Shown here piece after piece: positions 16,409 to 24,955 of a DNA stretch of 64,000 nucleotides. The number at the start of each line of letters is the position of its first letter. Positions within the stretch are counted from its first letter, which is position 1. Made by a program: the position numbers and the translations under genes. This DNA is from a virus (taxonomy: Duplodnaviria; Caudoviricetes), in the IMG/VR virus record IMGVR_UViG_3300034095_001474, positions 160,001-224,000 of that record, one strand, 5' to 3'. The notes beneath the pieces are model-generated. The model saw nothing but the letters and a program-made list of their open reading frames with translations. It searched no databases and was not told the origin of the DNA.

Positions 16409-18787
16409 TTATTTCATAGAAATTTTTGAGAGGTTGTTACTTCCTTTAATAACAGTAACAACATTATCACCCCAATCACGAACTAAGTCATTGTGTGTGA
16501 TGAAGAAAACTATCTCATACATATCTTTTATTTTATCAAAAAGAACTTTCAATTTCTCTAAATTTTCTGGTGCTACCTTACCTAATACTTCATCAAAAGT
16601 GATAAAATTAGGCATTGGCAGCGTAGATAATTTACCCAACACAGCTCTCAACGCTAAACTAGCCGCTGTTTTCTCTAAACCAGAACCAGATTTTAACAAT
16701 TTAGATACTTCATCTTTAACCAATAGAAACTGAACATCATTCTTATCATTAATAAATATCTCGACATCGAAATCTACAACATCATCTAACAATCTTTGTA
16801 CTTCAGAATTTATAATTGGCAACACAGAACGCAGTACCAATTTACTAACACCTTTCTTTCCGACCAATTCAATATATATTTTGAAAATTTTATCAATCTC
16901 TTCTTCTTTTTTTATTGTTTCGATTAATTTGGTTTTTACCTCAATACTTGTTTTATGGTTTTTGATATCAGTTTGAACACGTTCTATCTTTGCTATTGCA
17001 TCATCTTTAGAATATTCCAATACTGAAATGTCAGTTTTAACTCTGGATACTTCAATATCAATCTTTTTATTTAACTCAATAGCGTCTAAATTAAGTTTGT
17101 ATTTCTTTAAATCATTACGTTTTGAAACTATATCGTTTTTCAATGAACCAATTTGAACTTCTAATCTATCTCTGTTTAACTCATGTTTATTTTTATCATC
17201 AATAAGCACTTTAGTTTCATTAAGAACATCCAATTCAGTATTTATGGTTTTAATTGCATTAGATAATTTGGTAGACTCTTTTTTTAATTTTTCAATATCT
17301 AACTCATGTTTAGCAATGTGTTCAGTATTATCAACATCATCTAATTTTCTGTTGCATGATTGACAGATACCTCCAGCAACCAAACCTTCAACAACCAATT
17401 CCAATCTTTCTACTTCAGCATTCTTTACAGCTTTTGCCGATGTTTGTGTTGATAAATCTTTTGTCAATGCATGATGACGGTCTTCATCAAATGATACAAC
17501 ACCAATTTTATTTATTTTTAAAACCAACTCATCAACACTAGTTTTAAAACCAACACCTTTTTCAATCAAATTTGAAATATCAATTTCTAAATTAGAAGGG
17601 TTTAATTCAGAGATAGTTACATCGATTTTTTCTTTGTTATTTATCAATTTATCATTCTCTTCATTCAAACTAGTAATTTCTAATTTAGCTTTTTCTAATT
17701 TATCATTAAGACTAGTTTCTAATTCAACAGCTAAGATACCTTTTTCTTTATGGTCATCAATTTCTTCAGTCAATGTAATAACATCATAATCGTTAGATTT
17801 TTTCTTTCTAGCAAATTCATTGTACATTGTTCTAGCAGCAGCTTCTTTCAATTCTAGTATCTCCAACCCAATAAGTCTTGTCAAAACTTTTCCAGATTCA
17901 CTAGTAGTCAATCCTATTAAATCATCCAAGTTCTTCTCTGTAGCTAATACAAGCATCTCAAAATCTTTTTCGCTACCAATAGTTTCTTTTAATCTTTTAG
18001 TCGTTCTAGTAGCATCTTCTTCATTTAATTGCTCTTCTTCACCATCTGGTAATAACTTGTAATAGTTTACTCTATTTGTTACAGTCCAACCACCACCTTT
18101 TTTAGCGGTACGTTTCATTTTACGTTCAATGATTGTTTCTTCATTCTCAATATCAATCATACCACGTACAGTCAATTCATTCTTATCACTATATGTGTTG
18201 AATATCTGCTCGTTTGTATCAGTTTTTGTTGTACTACCATGCAACAAGAATTTAACAGCATCAATTGTAAGTGTTGTTTTACCACCTTGATTAGCTGGAA
18301 TAGAATTTACAACAGTCAAACCTCTCAATTTACTCAAAGGTAAATAATTATCTTCACCAAAAGATAAAAAATTATTTACCATAAGCCATTTAAGATTCCA
18401 ACTTCTATGTTGTGTTTCATTCAAGTCAACGTTTAATTCACCGTTTACTTTGTCATCTAAAGCAATGATACGATTAAAGTCAATCGTTTTACCATCTCTA
18501 TCAATTAACTCCTTCATAAGAGCTCTTTGATAGTTCACGTCCATGATGTTCTCAATACCAGCACCAGTGATTTCAATTACATCACCATTGGCAGTTGTTC
18601 TTACTGGTCTATAAACAACATTGATATTGCTCTTGTTTACACCATACTTGTTAGCAAAATAGTTTCTTACTCTATTTTTAGCTTCTTTGCTATAGTTCTC
18701 TGGACGGTCATCCCAATAAACTTTAATCTTTGCATACGGTGATATTGCTTTAATATCCATAACTTCTACTTGTTCATTATTCTCCAT
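16409..18787 (-). CDS. sbcC: SbcC/Rad50/gp46-like ATPase with an N-terminal extra domain
   Basis: Walker A NQGGKTT, long coiled coil, Zn hook CQSC, signature GSGLEK, Walker B ITFDE, H-loop ITH; likely start MENNEQ. Confidence 0.9.
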   Translation of the reverse strand: MENNEQVEVMDIKAISPYAKIKVYWDDRPENYSKEAKNRVRNYFANKYGVNKSNINVVYRPVRTTANGDVIEITGAGIENIMDVNYQRALMKELIDRDGKTIDFNRIIALDDKVNGELNVDLNETQHRSWNLKWLMVNNFLSFGEDNYLPLSKLRGLTVVNSIPANQGGKTTLTIDAVKFLLHGSTTKTDTNEQIFNTYSDKNELTVRGMIDIENEETIIERKMKRTAKKGGGWTVTNRVNYYKLLPDGEEEQLNEEDATRTTKRLKETIGSEKDFEMLVLATEKNLDDLIGLTTSESGKVLTRLIGLEILELKEAAARTMYNEFARKKKSNDYDVITLTEEIDDHKEKGILAVELETSLNDKLEKAKLEITSLNEENDKLINNKEKIDVTISELNPSNLEIDISNLIEKGVGFKTSVDELVLKINKIGVVSFDEDRHHALTKDLSTQTSAKAVKNAEVERLELVVEGLVAGGICQSCNRKLDDVDNTEHIAKHELDIEKLKKESTKLSNAIKTINTELDVLNETKVLIDDKNKHELNRDRLEVQIGSLKNDIVSKRNDLKKYKLNLDAIELNKKIDIEVSRVKTDISVLEYSKDDAIAKIERVQTDIKNHKTSIEVKTKLIETIKKEEEIDKIFKIYIELVGKKGVSKLVLRSVLPIINSEVQRLLDDVVDFDVEIFINDKNDVQFLLVKDEVSKLLKSGSGLEKTAASLALRAVLGKLSTLPMPNFITFDEVLGKVAPENLEKLKVLFDKIKDMYEIVFFITHNDLVRDWGDNVVTVIKGSNNLSKISMK

Positions 18788-19187
18788 AAATATCTCTTTT
18801 ATTTTTCTTTTGTTCAATTTCTAATTTCTGTAAAGTATCATTCCATTCTTTTTGGAAGTGTTCAGCATCTTTTTTGTAAGTATTTCGTTCATCTTCCAAT
18901 TTTGTTATCTTTTCAGATAATTTTTTCACTTGTTTATCATCAGTGATATACACTTCTTTTTCAGTAGGAACTTCAACTTTAACTTCTACAATTTTCTCTA
19001 CGATTTTTTCAACGATTTTTTCTACTTCAATTTTCTTTTCTATTACTTGAGGTGTTGCCCCAAACTTTTCAACAGTAAAACCTTGTTTAAGTATTTTAAT
19101 TGTGAACTCATCAATATTCGTGATATTGTTTATCCTACAATAATCCCAAATTTCATCTTTTAAGTCTTTAGATATCTCCATCTTCAA
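18777..19187 (-). CDS. Hypothetical protein with VEKI repeats
   Basis: IEVEKIVEKIVEKIVEV. Confidence 0.75.
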   Translation of the reverse strand: MKMEISKDLKDEIWDYCRINNITNIDEFTIKILKQGFTVEKFGATPQVIEKKIEVEKIVEKIVEKIVEVKVEVPTEKEVYITDDKQVKKLSEKITKLEDERNTYKKDAEHFQKEWNDTLQKLEIEQKKNKRDIYGE

Positions 19188-19398
19188 ATTTTCCTAAGTC
19201 TTCTCTTGTTTGATTCAATAGAACAACTTCATTGTCTTTTTCATCAACATTTATCATTAATACTGGTTTGTCAACTCGATAGATTAAACTGTTGTCATCC
19301 TCTGGGTCTAAATAACCGAACTCACCATTTACTACGGTAAAGTTATCCATGTGTTCTGGGAGTTTGTTTATAAACTCTTTTAATTCTGATAGCATCAT
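19168..19398 (-). CDS. Hypothetical protein
   Basis: 76-aa ORF overlapping its neighbour. Confidence 0.65.
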   Translation of the reverse strand: MMLSELKEFINKLPEHMDNFTVVNGEFGYLDPEDDNSLIYRVDKPVLMINVDEKDNEVVLLNQTREDLGKFEDGDI

Positions 19399-19399
19399 A

Positions 19400-19651
19400 T
19401 TAATTACTTTTTATATTACCTTTTATTGTTTCTTTTATTTTATCATACTCAGAACTAGTATAAGCATTTTCAGTTTCAATAACTTCATCGAAAGATTTGG
19501 AACAAACATGTTCTGGTTTCATAACCAATACATAAAGTGTTTCATCAACTCTTATGCTGGTTTTTGTACCAATTTCAGTTGTATATAGATTATTTTCTCT
19601 CCATGATAAAAAATCATCAACACATGAAGAGATAACAGCTATTGTCTTCAT
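19400..19651 (-). CDS. Hypothetical protein
   Basis: 83 aa; ATGA overlap with the sbcD stop. Confidence 0.65.
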   Translation of the reverse strand: MKTIAVISSCVDDFLSWRENNLYTTEIGTKTSIRVDETLYVLVMKPEHVCSKSFDEVIETENAYTSSEYDKIKETIKGNIKSN

Positions 19652-20460
19652 AAGTTTGTAATTTTTTCTTCACCATTCTCAATATCTTCTAATGATTTAA
19701 TCTTGAATTGGTAATAAGGAGATTTATTTTCTACATCATGTTCTGTAAATGTTTTTGTTTCAACATCCCAAAACAAGAAACCATGTTTACTTACATTCTC
19801 ACCAAAGTTTTGTTGAATAAGTGATGATGGATAAGCAATGATAATACCTTTATGGTTAAATGTTTGTCTTTTGTGAATATCACCCAACATGACCATATCA
19901 CAACCTTCAAAGATATCCAACTCAGCACCATGGTCAATTTCATAACCAATATCTGTTTTAGCATTAATCAAAGGTGCGTGAAACAACCCAATATATGTTT
20001 TATCATCACCAAATTCACCTCTTGCTGACTCAATGTCTGGTCTAGCGTTTTCTTCAAAGATAGAATAAGTACACCAAACAATATTGTCATCTAAATAACA
20101 CTTTGATTCTTTGAAATAGTTAATATCTTTATCACCCAAGAATTGTACCATAGGTGACACACTATCCATTCTACCTATATTGTTTTCCAATAAGTCATGA
20201 TTTCCAGCAATAAGTATAACTGGTGCTATTTCTTCTAGTTTTCTCAAGAACCATGTACATAGAATCAACTGCTCATTTGAAATAACAATCTTCTGGTGAA
20301 CCAAGTCACCAGCAACTACTATTCTAACTTCTTCTCTAGTGTAATCTGAAACAAGTTCTTTTACGTCTTTCAACATAGTTTTAAAAACATCTTTATACTC
20401 GTCATGTAATCTAAGAGTTCTGATATGTATATCAGCTAAATGGATAACGGCTTTGACCAT
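19648..20460 (-). CDS. sbcD: SbcD/Mre11/gp47-like metallophosphoesterase nuclease
   Basis: HLADIH, VVAGDLVH, IAGNHD, GLFH, MLGDIH; likely start MVKAVI. Confidence 0.9.
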   Translation of the reverse strand: MVKAVIHLADIHIRTLRLHDEYKDVFKTMLKDVKELVSDYTREEVRIVVAGDLVHQKIVISNEQLILCTWFLRKLEEIAPVILIAGNHDLLENNIGRMDSVSPMVQFLGDKDINYFKESKCYLDDNIVWCTYSIFEENARPDIESARGEFGDDKTYIGLFHAPLINAKTDIGYEIDHGAELDIFEGCDMVMLGDIHKRQTFNHKGIIIAYPSSLIQQNFGENVSKHGFLFWDVETKTFTEHDVENKSPYYQFKIKSLEDIENGEEKITNL

Positions 20461-20461
20461 A

Positions 20462-20740
20462 TTATAAAATATCTTTATCTTTTTCAAGTGGTTGAAGTCT
20501 GAACGCTTCAATTATTTCGTTATTCTCAACTCTAATTAACGTTTGTTCACCCATACCTTTAAACAAATCATCTTTTAAATAAAAACCATCTTCCCATTCA
20601 TTACTTAACTCCCATGCAACTGGATTCATCATCTTATAGTCTGTTGGTAACGTGAATGGGTCGTATCTAACACCTCTAGTGTCAGTTAGTTTAAATTCTT
20701 TTTCCTCACCTTTTATTGGTTTGTTTTCTTTTTCTATCAT
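20462..20740 (-). CDS. Hypothetical protein
   Basis: 92-aa ORF with 1-nt gaps on both sides. Confidence 0.7.
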   Translation of the reverse strand: MIEKENKPIKGEEKEFKLTDTRGVRYDPFTLPTDYKMMNPVAWELSNEWEDGFYLKDDLFKGMGEQTLIRVENNEIIEAFRLQPLEKDKDIL

Positions 20741-20741
20741 A

Positions 20742-21524
20742 TTATGCGTTTTTCATTAAATTATAGTGATGCATTTCAATAAGTTTTTTCGCTTCATGTT
20801 TCATATACATGATTTGAATCTTTTCGAATGATTTAGTTTCTTTATCCCAATACCCAATACATATTTGTCTACATTTACGACCAGGAAATTCCATTTCATA
20901 CATGTAAGTATATACTGATAACTGAAGTGTATAAACTGACCATTGACAAGACTGCATATGGTCAAATGGTTTAAAAAGTGTTTTGTAACCAAATTGGTCA
21001 AAGAAGTTAAACTCTCTATTGGTTTTCCAATCCCAAACATCAAAGAAAACATCATCAATATCAATAATTAAATCCGACATACCAGCCAACTCATATTCTT
21101 CAGAAAATAGAATTCTTTCTGGCCATACTGCAATACCTTCATCTATCTTTAGATTTTCATATCCTTCAATTACTTTTTGTTCAAATTCACCTTCTTCATC
21201 TTCAGTTGGAAAATACCATTTGTTAGCCAATAAATAACGTTCAACAATATCATGAACCTTTGTACCATAAATGTTAGCCTCATCATTAAGTTGTTGCCAA
21301 AAATCTAAAATTTGTTGTTGGTTCAAACCAATGTAACGCTCTTGCTTTGCGTTGTCTGGTTGTCTAGTAATAGCCAAAGATACTGCTTCTGAATCGAAAT
21401 GCGGTTCAATAGAAGAAAGTGTTGTAGTTACAGATTTGTAAATCTTTCCAGTTACTCTATGATGATACTTATGTTCAATTGGTTCCAAGAAAACTGGACC
21501 CTCCCATAATTTTGCTTTACTCAT
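20742..21524 (-). CDS. PD-(D/E)XK exonuclease (Cas4/exonuclease V-like)
   Basis: SVTTTL, GTKVHDIVE, LAGMSDL, VWDWKT, QLSVY. Confidence 0.8.
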   Translation of the reverse strand: MSKAKLWEGPVFLEPIEHKYHHRVTGKIYKSVTTTLSSIEPHFDSEAVSLAITRQPDNAKQERYIGLNQQQILDFWQQLNDEANIYGTKVHDIVERYLLANKWYFPTEDEEGEFEQKVIEGYENLKIDEGIAVWPERILFSEEYELAGMSDLIIDIDDVFFDVWDWKTNREFNFFDQFGYKTLFKPFDHMQSCQWSVYTLQLSVYTYMYEMEFPGRKCRQICIGYWDKETKSFEKIQIMYMKHEAKKLIEMHHYNLMKNA

Positions 21525-21539
21525 AATTTATTTTTAATA

Positions 21540-21570
21540 CAAATATACTATATTTTTCTTCTATATGCAA
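21540..21570 (-). promoter_or_regulatory. Bacteroidota sigmaA-type promoter for the nuclease/sbcDC block
   Basis: TTG 21570-21568, N20, TATATTTG 21547-21540. Confidence 0.7.
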
Positions 21571-21591
21571 GTATTTATTGTAAAACTTATT

Positions 21592-22050
21592 ATGAAAGAT
21601 TTTATAAAACGTAAACTTAATGAAGTACTTGTTAAAGAATACTATGATGATGATTTTGATTCAGAGTTTGTAGATTTTAGTAATGAAAAACCTAAAAAAC
21701 CTAAAAAAGAAGATAGTTTTAAACTTTTAATACAAAAATTAAAAGCTTTTAAAACACCAAATAAAATAAATATGTATACTTTCAAATTTGGTAATACTGA
21801 AATATTTTTCAAACAAACTGGTAAAAAAAATACAATAGAATTAGATTTAATCAAAACACCAGACCAATATAAAGGTAAAGGTAGTGCTAGAACCGCAATA
21901 ACCCAATTTTTAAATATTATAGATGAATTAAAAATTAGAGTTGTTTTGTCTGTTGTTCCTAGAGATAAAACAACTTCTGAAAAAGGATTAGAAGATTTTT
22001 ATCAATCAGTAGGTTTCCATAAAACTAGTGATTTTGAAATGATGCGTTAA
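21592..22050 (+). CDS. GNAT-family N-acetyltransferase
   Basis: LIKTPDQYKGKGSA (motif A-like) and GLEDFYQSVGF (motif B-like); likely start MKDFIKRKLNE at 21592 after TATTTAT. Confidence 0.65.
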   Translation: MKDFIKRKLNEVLVKEYYDDDFDSEFVDFSNEKPKKPKKEDSFKLLIQKLKAFKTPNKINMYTFKFGNTEIFFKQTGKKNTIELDLIKTPDQYKGKGSARTAITQFLNIIDELKIRVVLSVVPRDKTTSEKGLEDFYQSVGFHKTSDFEMMR

Positions 22051-23003
22051 TATATATCAGATTCTTCCAATTTATATGCAGTTCTAAGTAAAGCAACAAT
22101 ACCCTTGTTACTGAACTTTTCAAATAGTTTTGATGGGTCATAACCTTCTGGTGGTTTAACCAAACGTATTCTATCTCTTAGGTTACCAAAATTAAGCTCT
22201 CTATACAATCTTTTTGCATCTACTAACGCATCATCATCCAAGACGATAACAACGAAGCCTTGAGCCTTATCTTGCAGCAACTCTAATAATTGTGCTGATA
22301 AGAATTTACCCAATAAAGGAATTGAGTTAGGTGTTACTATATGGTCAGTGGCACCTTCAACCAAATATATTGTTGCATCCCAATTTACCTTGCCTTCATT
22401 GAATATTATTTCTTGTTTTTCAGCATCTGGGTTTAGATATTTCAGTTTTGTAGGTTCTTTAGAAAACCATCTAGCAATAAAATAATTCAATTCACCTTCA
22501 GCATCATAAGATGGAATAATAACCCTATTAAAGAATTTACCTTTGAATGTATAACCTATTTCGTAATTTTCTATGATTTCATCAGTAATACCTCTTTCAC
22601 GCAAATAAGCCATTGCTTGTGGATATTTAAAATCTTTTTCAGTACATTCTGATAATTTTTTATATCCTTCTGGTAATGTTAGTATTATTTTAGGTTTATC
22701 TTTATTGGTTATTAAATCAGTATCTGGTTTAACCAATAGATAATCTCTAATGTTTTTTGGTGTTGCGTATTTTTTAAGTAATTTGATAACTGGTCCATGC
22801 ATGTGATGTGTTTCACCACAAGACCAACATTTAAACATACCTCGATTGTAATTGATTTCTAAGTTTCCTTTACCATCACCTTCAGCCAAATTCTTTTCGT
22901 CAGAACAAGCTGGACAATCAAATGCCACTTGTCCAGTATCTTCATTATGCTTTCTAGGTTCACCCAAAAAACTCTTTAAAATATCAACTACTAAGAAATC
23001 CAT
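22047..23003 (-). CDS. dnaG: DNA primase
   Basis: Zn finger CPAC...CWSC, RVIIPSYD, KYLNP, TOPRIM LVEGATD and VLDDDA. Confidence 0.9.
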   Translation of the reverse strand: MDFLVVDILKSFLGEPRKHNEDTGQVAFDCPACSDEKNLAEGDGKGNLEINYNRGMFKCWSCGETHHMHGPVIKLLKKYATPKNIRDYLLVKPDTDLITNKDKPKIILTLPEGYKKLSECTEKDFKYPQAMAYLRERGITDEIIENYEIGYTFKGKFFNRVIIPSYDAEGELNYFIARWFSKEPTKLKYLNPDAEKQEIIFNEGKVNWDATIYLVEGATDHIVTPNSIPLLGKFLSAQLLELLQDKAQGFVVIVLDDDALVDAKRLYRELNFGNLRDRIRLVKPPEGYDPSKLFEKFSNKGIVALLRTAYKLEESDIY

Positions 23004-23007
23004 AATA

Positions 23008-23038
23008 CAAATGTACTAAATTCTTTTGTAACCACCAA
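23008..23038 (-). promoter_or_regulatory. Bacteroidota sigmaA-type promoter for primase
   Basis: TTG 23038-23036, N20, TACATTTG 23015-23008. Confidence 0.7.
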
Positions 23039-23057
23039 AAAAATATATATATTTTAT

Positions 23058-23705
23058 TTATCTAGGCCAAATACCAACCTTATTCATATAACCTATACCA
23101 CATACGTAGGCATCTGATGTATCAAATGTTTCTTTTTTCAATTTGTTGTTTTTATCATAAAACCAAGTTACTTGTGGTTCCAATTCAGCAACTTTTTCCC
23201 AAAGTATATATTTTTTATCTACATCAAACGGATATTCACCAAATAAAACGGGTGTATTTTTTGCAATTACTTTTTCAGCCAATGCAACACCATCTTTTTT
23301 GAATTTTCTAACAGCCATAAGTTCTGGAAAAGCATATTTACGAGCATCATATGATGAAATGAATTCTGGAACAACACCTATAGTATCATACACTGATTTT
23401 GATATCATACCATTGAAACGTAACAATGTTGCAATAGTATAAACATTATTAGATTGTAAAAGAGGTTCTTCAATAACTACTTTAGTAATCCCAAAATCGC
23501 TATAATGCGTTAGAAATTCTTGTTCAAAAATTTCAACTTTTCTGAACAACTCTTCCATTTTATTTTCTGGTTTAGGTTTCACTTTAGGTGACACATGATG
23601 TAATAATTTTAATTCACCATGGTTACCCATATCTTCAAATATCGCAATACCAATTGTTGAAGTTGATACATCTAAACTTAGTAAGAATTCTGGTTCTTTT
23701 ATCAT
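23058..23705 (-). CDS. RuvC-like Holliday junction resolvase (RNase H fold)
   Basis: LSLDVSTSTIG, VVIEEP, DTSDAYV. Confidence 0.7.
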   Translation of the reverse strand: MIKEPEFLLSLDVSTSTIGIAIFEDMGNHGELKLLHHVSPKVKPKPENKMEELFRKVEIFEQEFLTHYSDFGITKVVIEEPLLQSNNVYTIATLLRFNGMISKSVYDTIGVVPEFISSYDARKYAFPELMAVRKFKKDGVALAEKVIAKNTPVLFGEYPFDVDKKYILWEKVAELEPQVTWFYDKNNKLKKETFDTSDAYVCGIGYMNKVGIWPR

Positions 23706-23751
23706 AAAATTTTTATTATTAATTTAAGATACTTTATTCAAAAATAAAGGC

Positions 23752-24954
23752 TTAAATTGTAATATTTACAGAAAGAGCTAAAAATTGATTAACATTTTTA
23801 GAAATTTGACGGTCCGTTTTACCATAAGCAATCAAATTTCCTAATTCATCATATAAACCCACTTCACTAATTCTAGGAACGTCACCATCACCAAATGTCA
23901 AGTTAGTTGTTCCACCAAATTCACCTCTATCAGCAATACATGTAATCATTTGAGTCACACTTGTTGATACACTATCTAAAGTTACTGTAGTAGCAGTTGC
24001 AGCAGAAGCAGTATAATTACCTACAATTGTTGGGTCCGTTATTACTATGAATCCTTTATCTAAATAAGACATACCAACAGCAGTGTCAGCTGTAAGACTT
24101 AAATTAGTGTTTGTTTGTAAATTATATGTTTGTTTGTTGTTTACACTAAAAGGTTTTCCTAAACCGTAACCAGTAGCCCAACTCAATGAAGCATTACCAC
24201 CATTAGGTGTCATGATTGCATCACAGAACATTGGAGCAACGTTGTAACCAAATTGACCAGTTGCAGCGGCTGTATCAGCAAATAATGCATCTAATTCATG
24301 TATAGGCGTTAAACCACCTAAATACGTACTATAAAGAGTATATGTACCAGCACTAGTTGGTAATTCAACTTTTACTGTTTTACCATCAATCAATTCACCA
24401 TATTGTGAATTATCAACACCAATAACAATTATTTTAGATGTACCTAAACCACTCAAAGCAGTATCGGAAAAACCACCATTTATATATGTTGTTCCAGTAA
24501 AGTTTGTATCGTTACTAGAATTTACAGACAAACCAAATGAGAAAAACAAATTAACCAATGAATCAGTTAAAAAATTAGCTCTATCAACATAATTTACTGT
24601 TACATTTGAACCAGTAAGTACAACTGAACCCAATACACCATTTTCAGTGATGATAGTTGTTGATTGAGAAGAAACTTCTTTACGGATTGAACCAGAAGGA
24701 TTAGCAATAAGGTATGTAGAGAGATTTATATTTCTAGCAGTACTATTACTAACACTGTTACCAAAACCAATGTTACCGTTGATACCTGGTACTTGACCAG
24801 ATTCCAAAGTTAAATCCATTTCATAATTAGCATCTGAATCACCTAAACTAAAAGTTTGGATTAATGCGTTATTTGTAGACACAAGCTTTTCTCTCCCTAT
24901 CGGAGTTAATTTAGCTGTTAGTGTAATTGTCGAAGCAGTGTTATTAAATCCCAT
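23752..24954 (-). CDS. Virion structural protein, tail-collar/fibre-anchor (DUF3751-like) fold with an insertion
   Basis: N-terminal KLTPIGREKL...GDSDANY; C-terminal ISEVGLYDELGNLIAYGK. Confidence 0.55.
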   Translation of the reverse strand: MGFNNTASTITLTAKLTPIGREKLVSTNNALIQTFSLGDSDANYEMDLTLESGQVPGINGNIGFGNSVSNSTARNINLSTYLIANPSGSIRKEVSSQSTTIITENGVLGSVVLTGSNVTVNYVDRANFLTDSLVNLFFSFGLSVNSSNDTNFTGTTYINGGFSDTALSGLGTSKIIVIGVDNSQYGELIDGKTVKVELPTSAGTYTLYSTYLGGLTPIHELDALFADTAAATGQFGYNVAPMFCDAIMTPNGGNASLSWATGYGLGKPFSVNNKQTYNLQTNTNLSLTADTAVGMSYLDKGFIVITDPTIVGNYTASAATATTVTLDSVSTSVTQMITCIADRGEFGGTTNLTFGDGDVPRISEVGLYDELGNLIAYGKTDRQISKNVNQFLALSVNITI

Positions 24955-24955
24955 A

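Noticed and set aside
20742-21524. Cas4-like nuclease as a sign of a CRISPR system
   Set aside because: No repeat-spacer array or other cas genes seen; stand-alone PD-(D/E)XK nucleases are common in phage replication blocks
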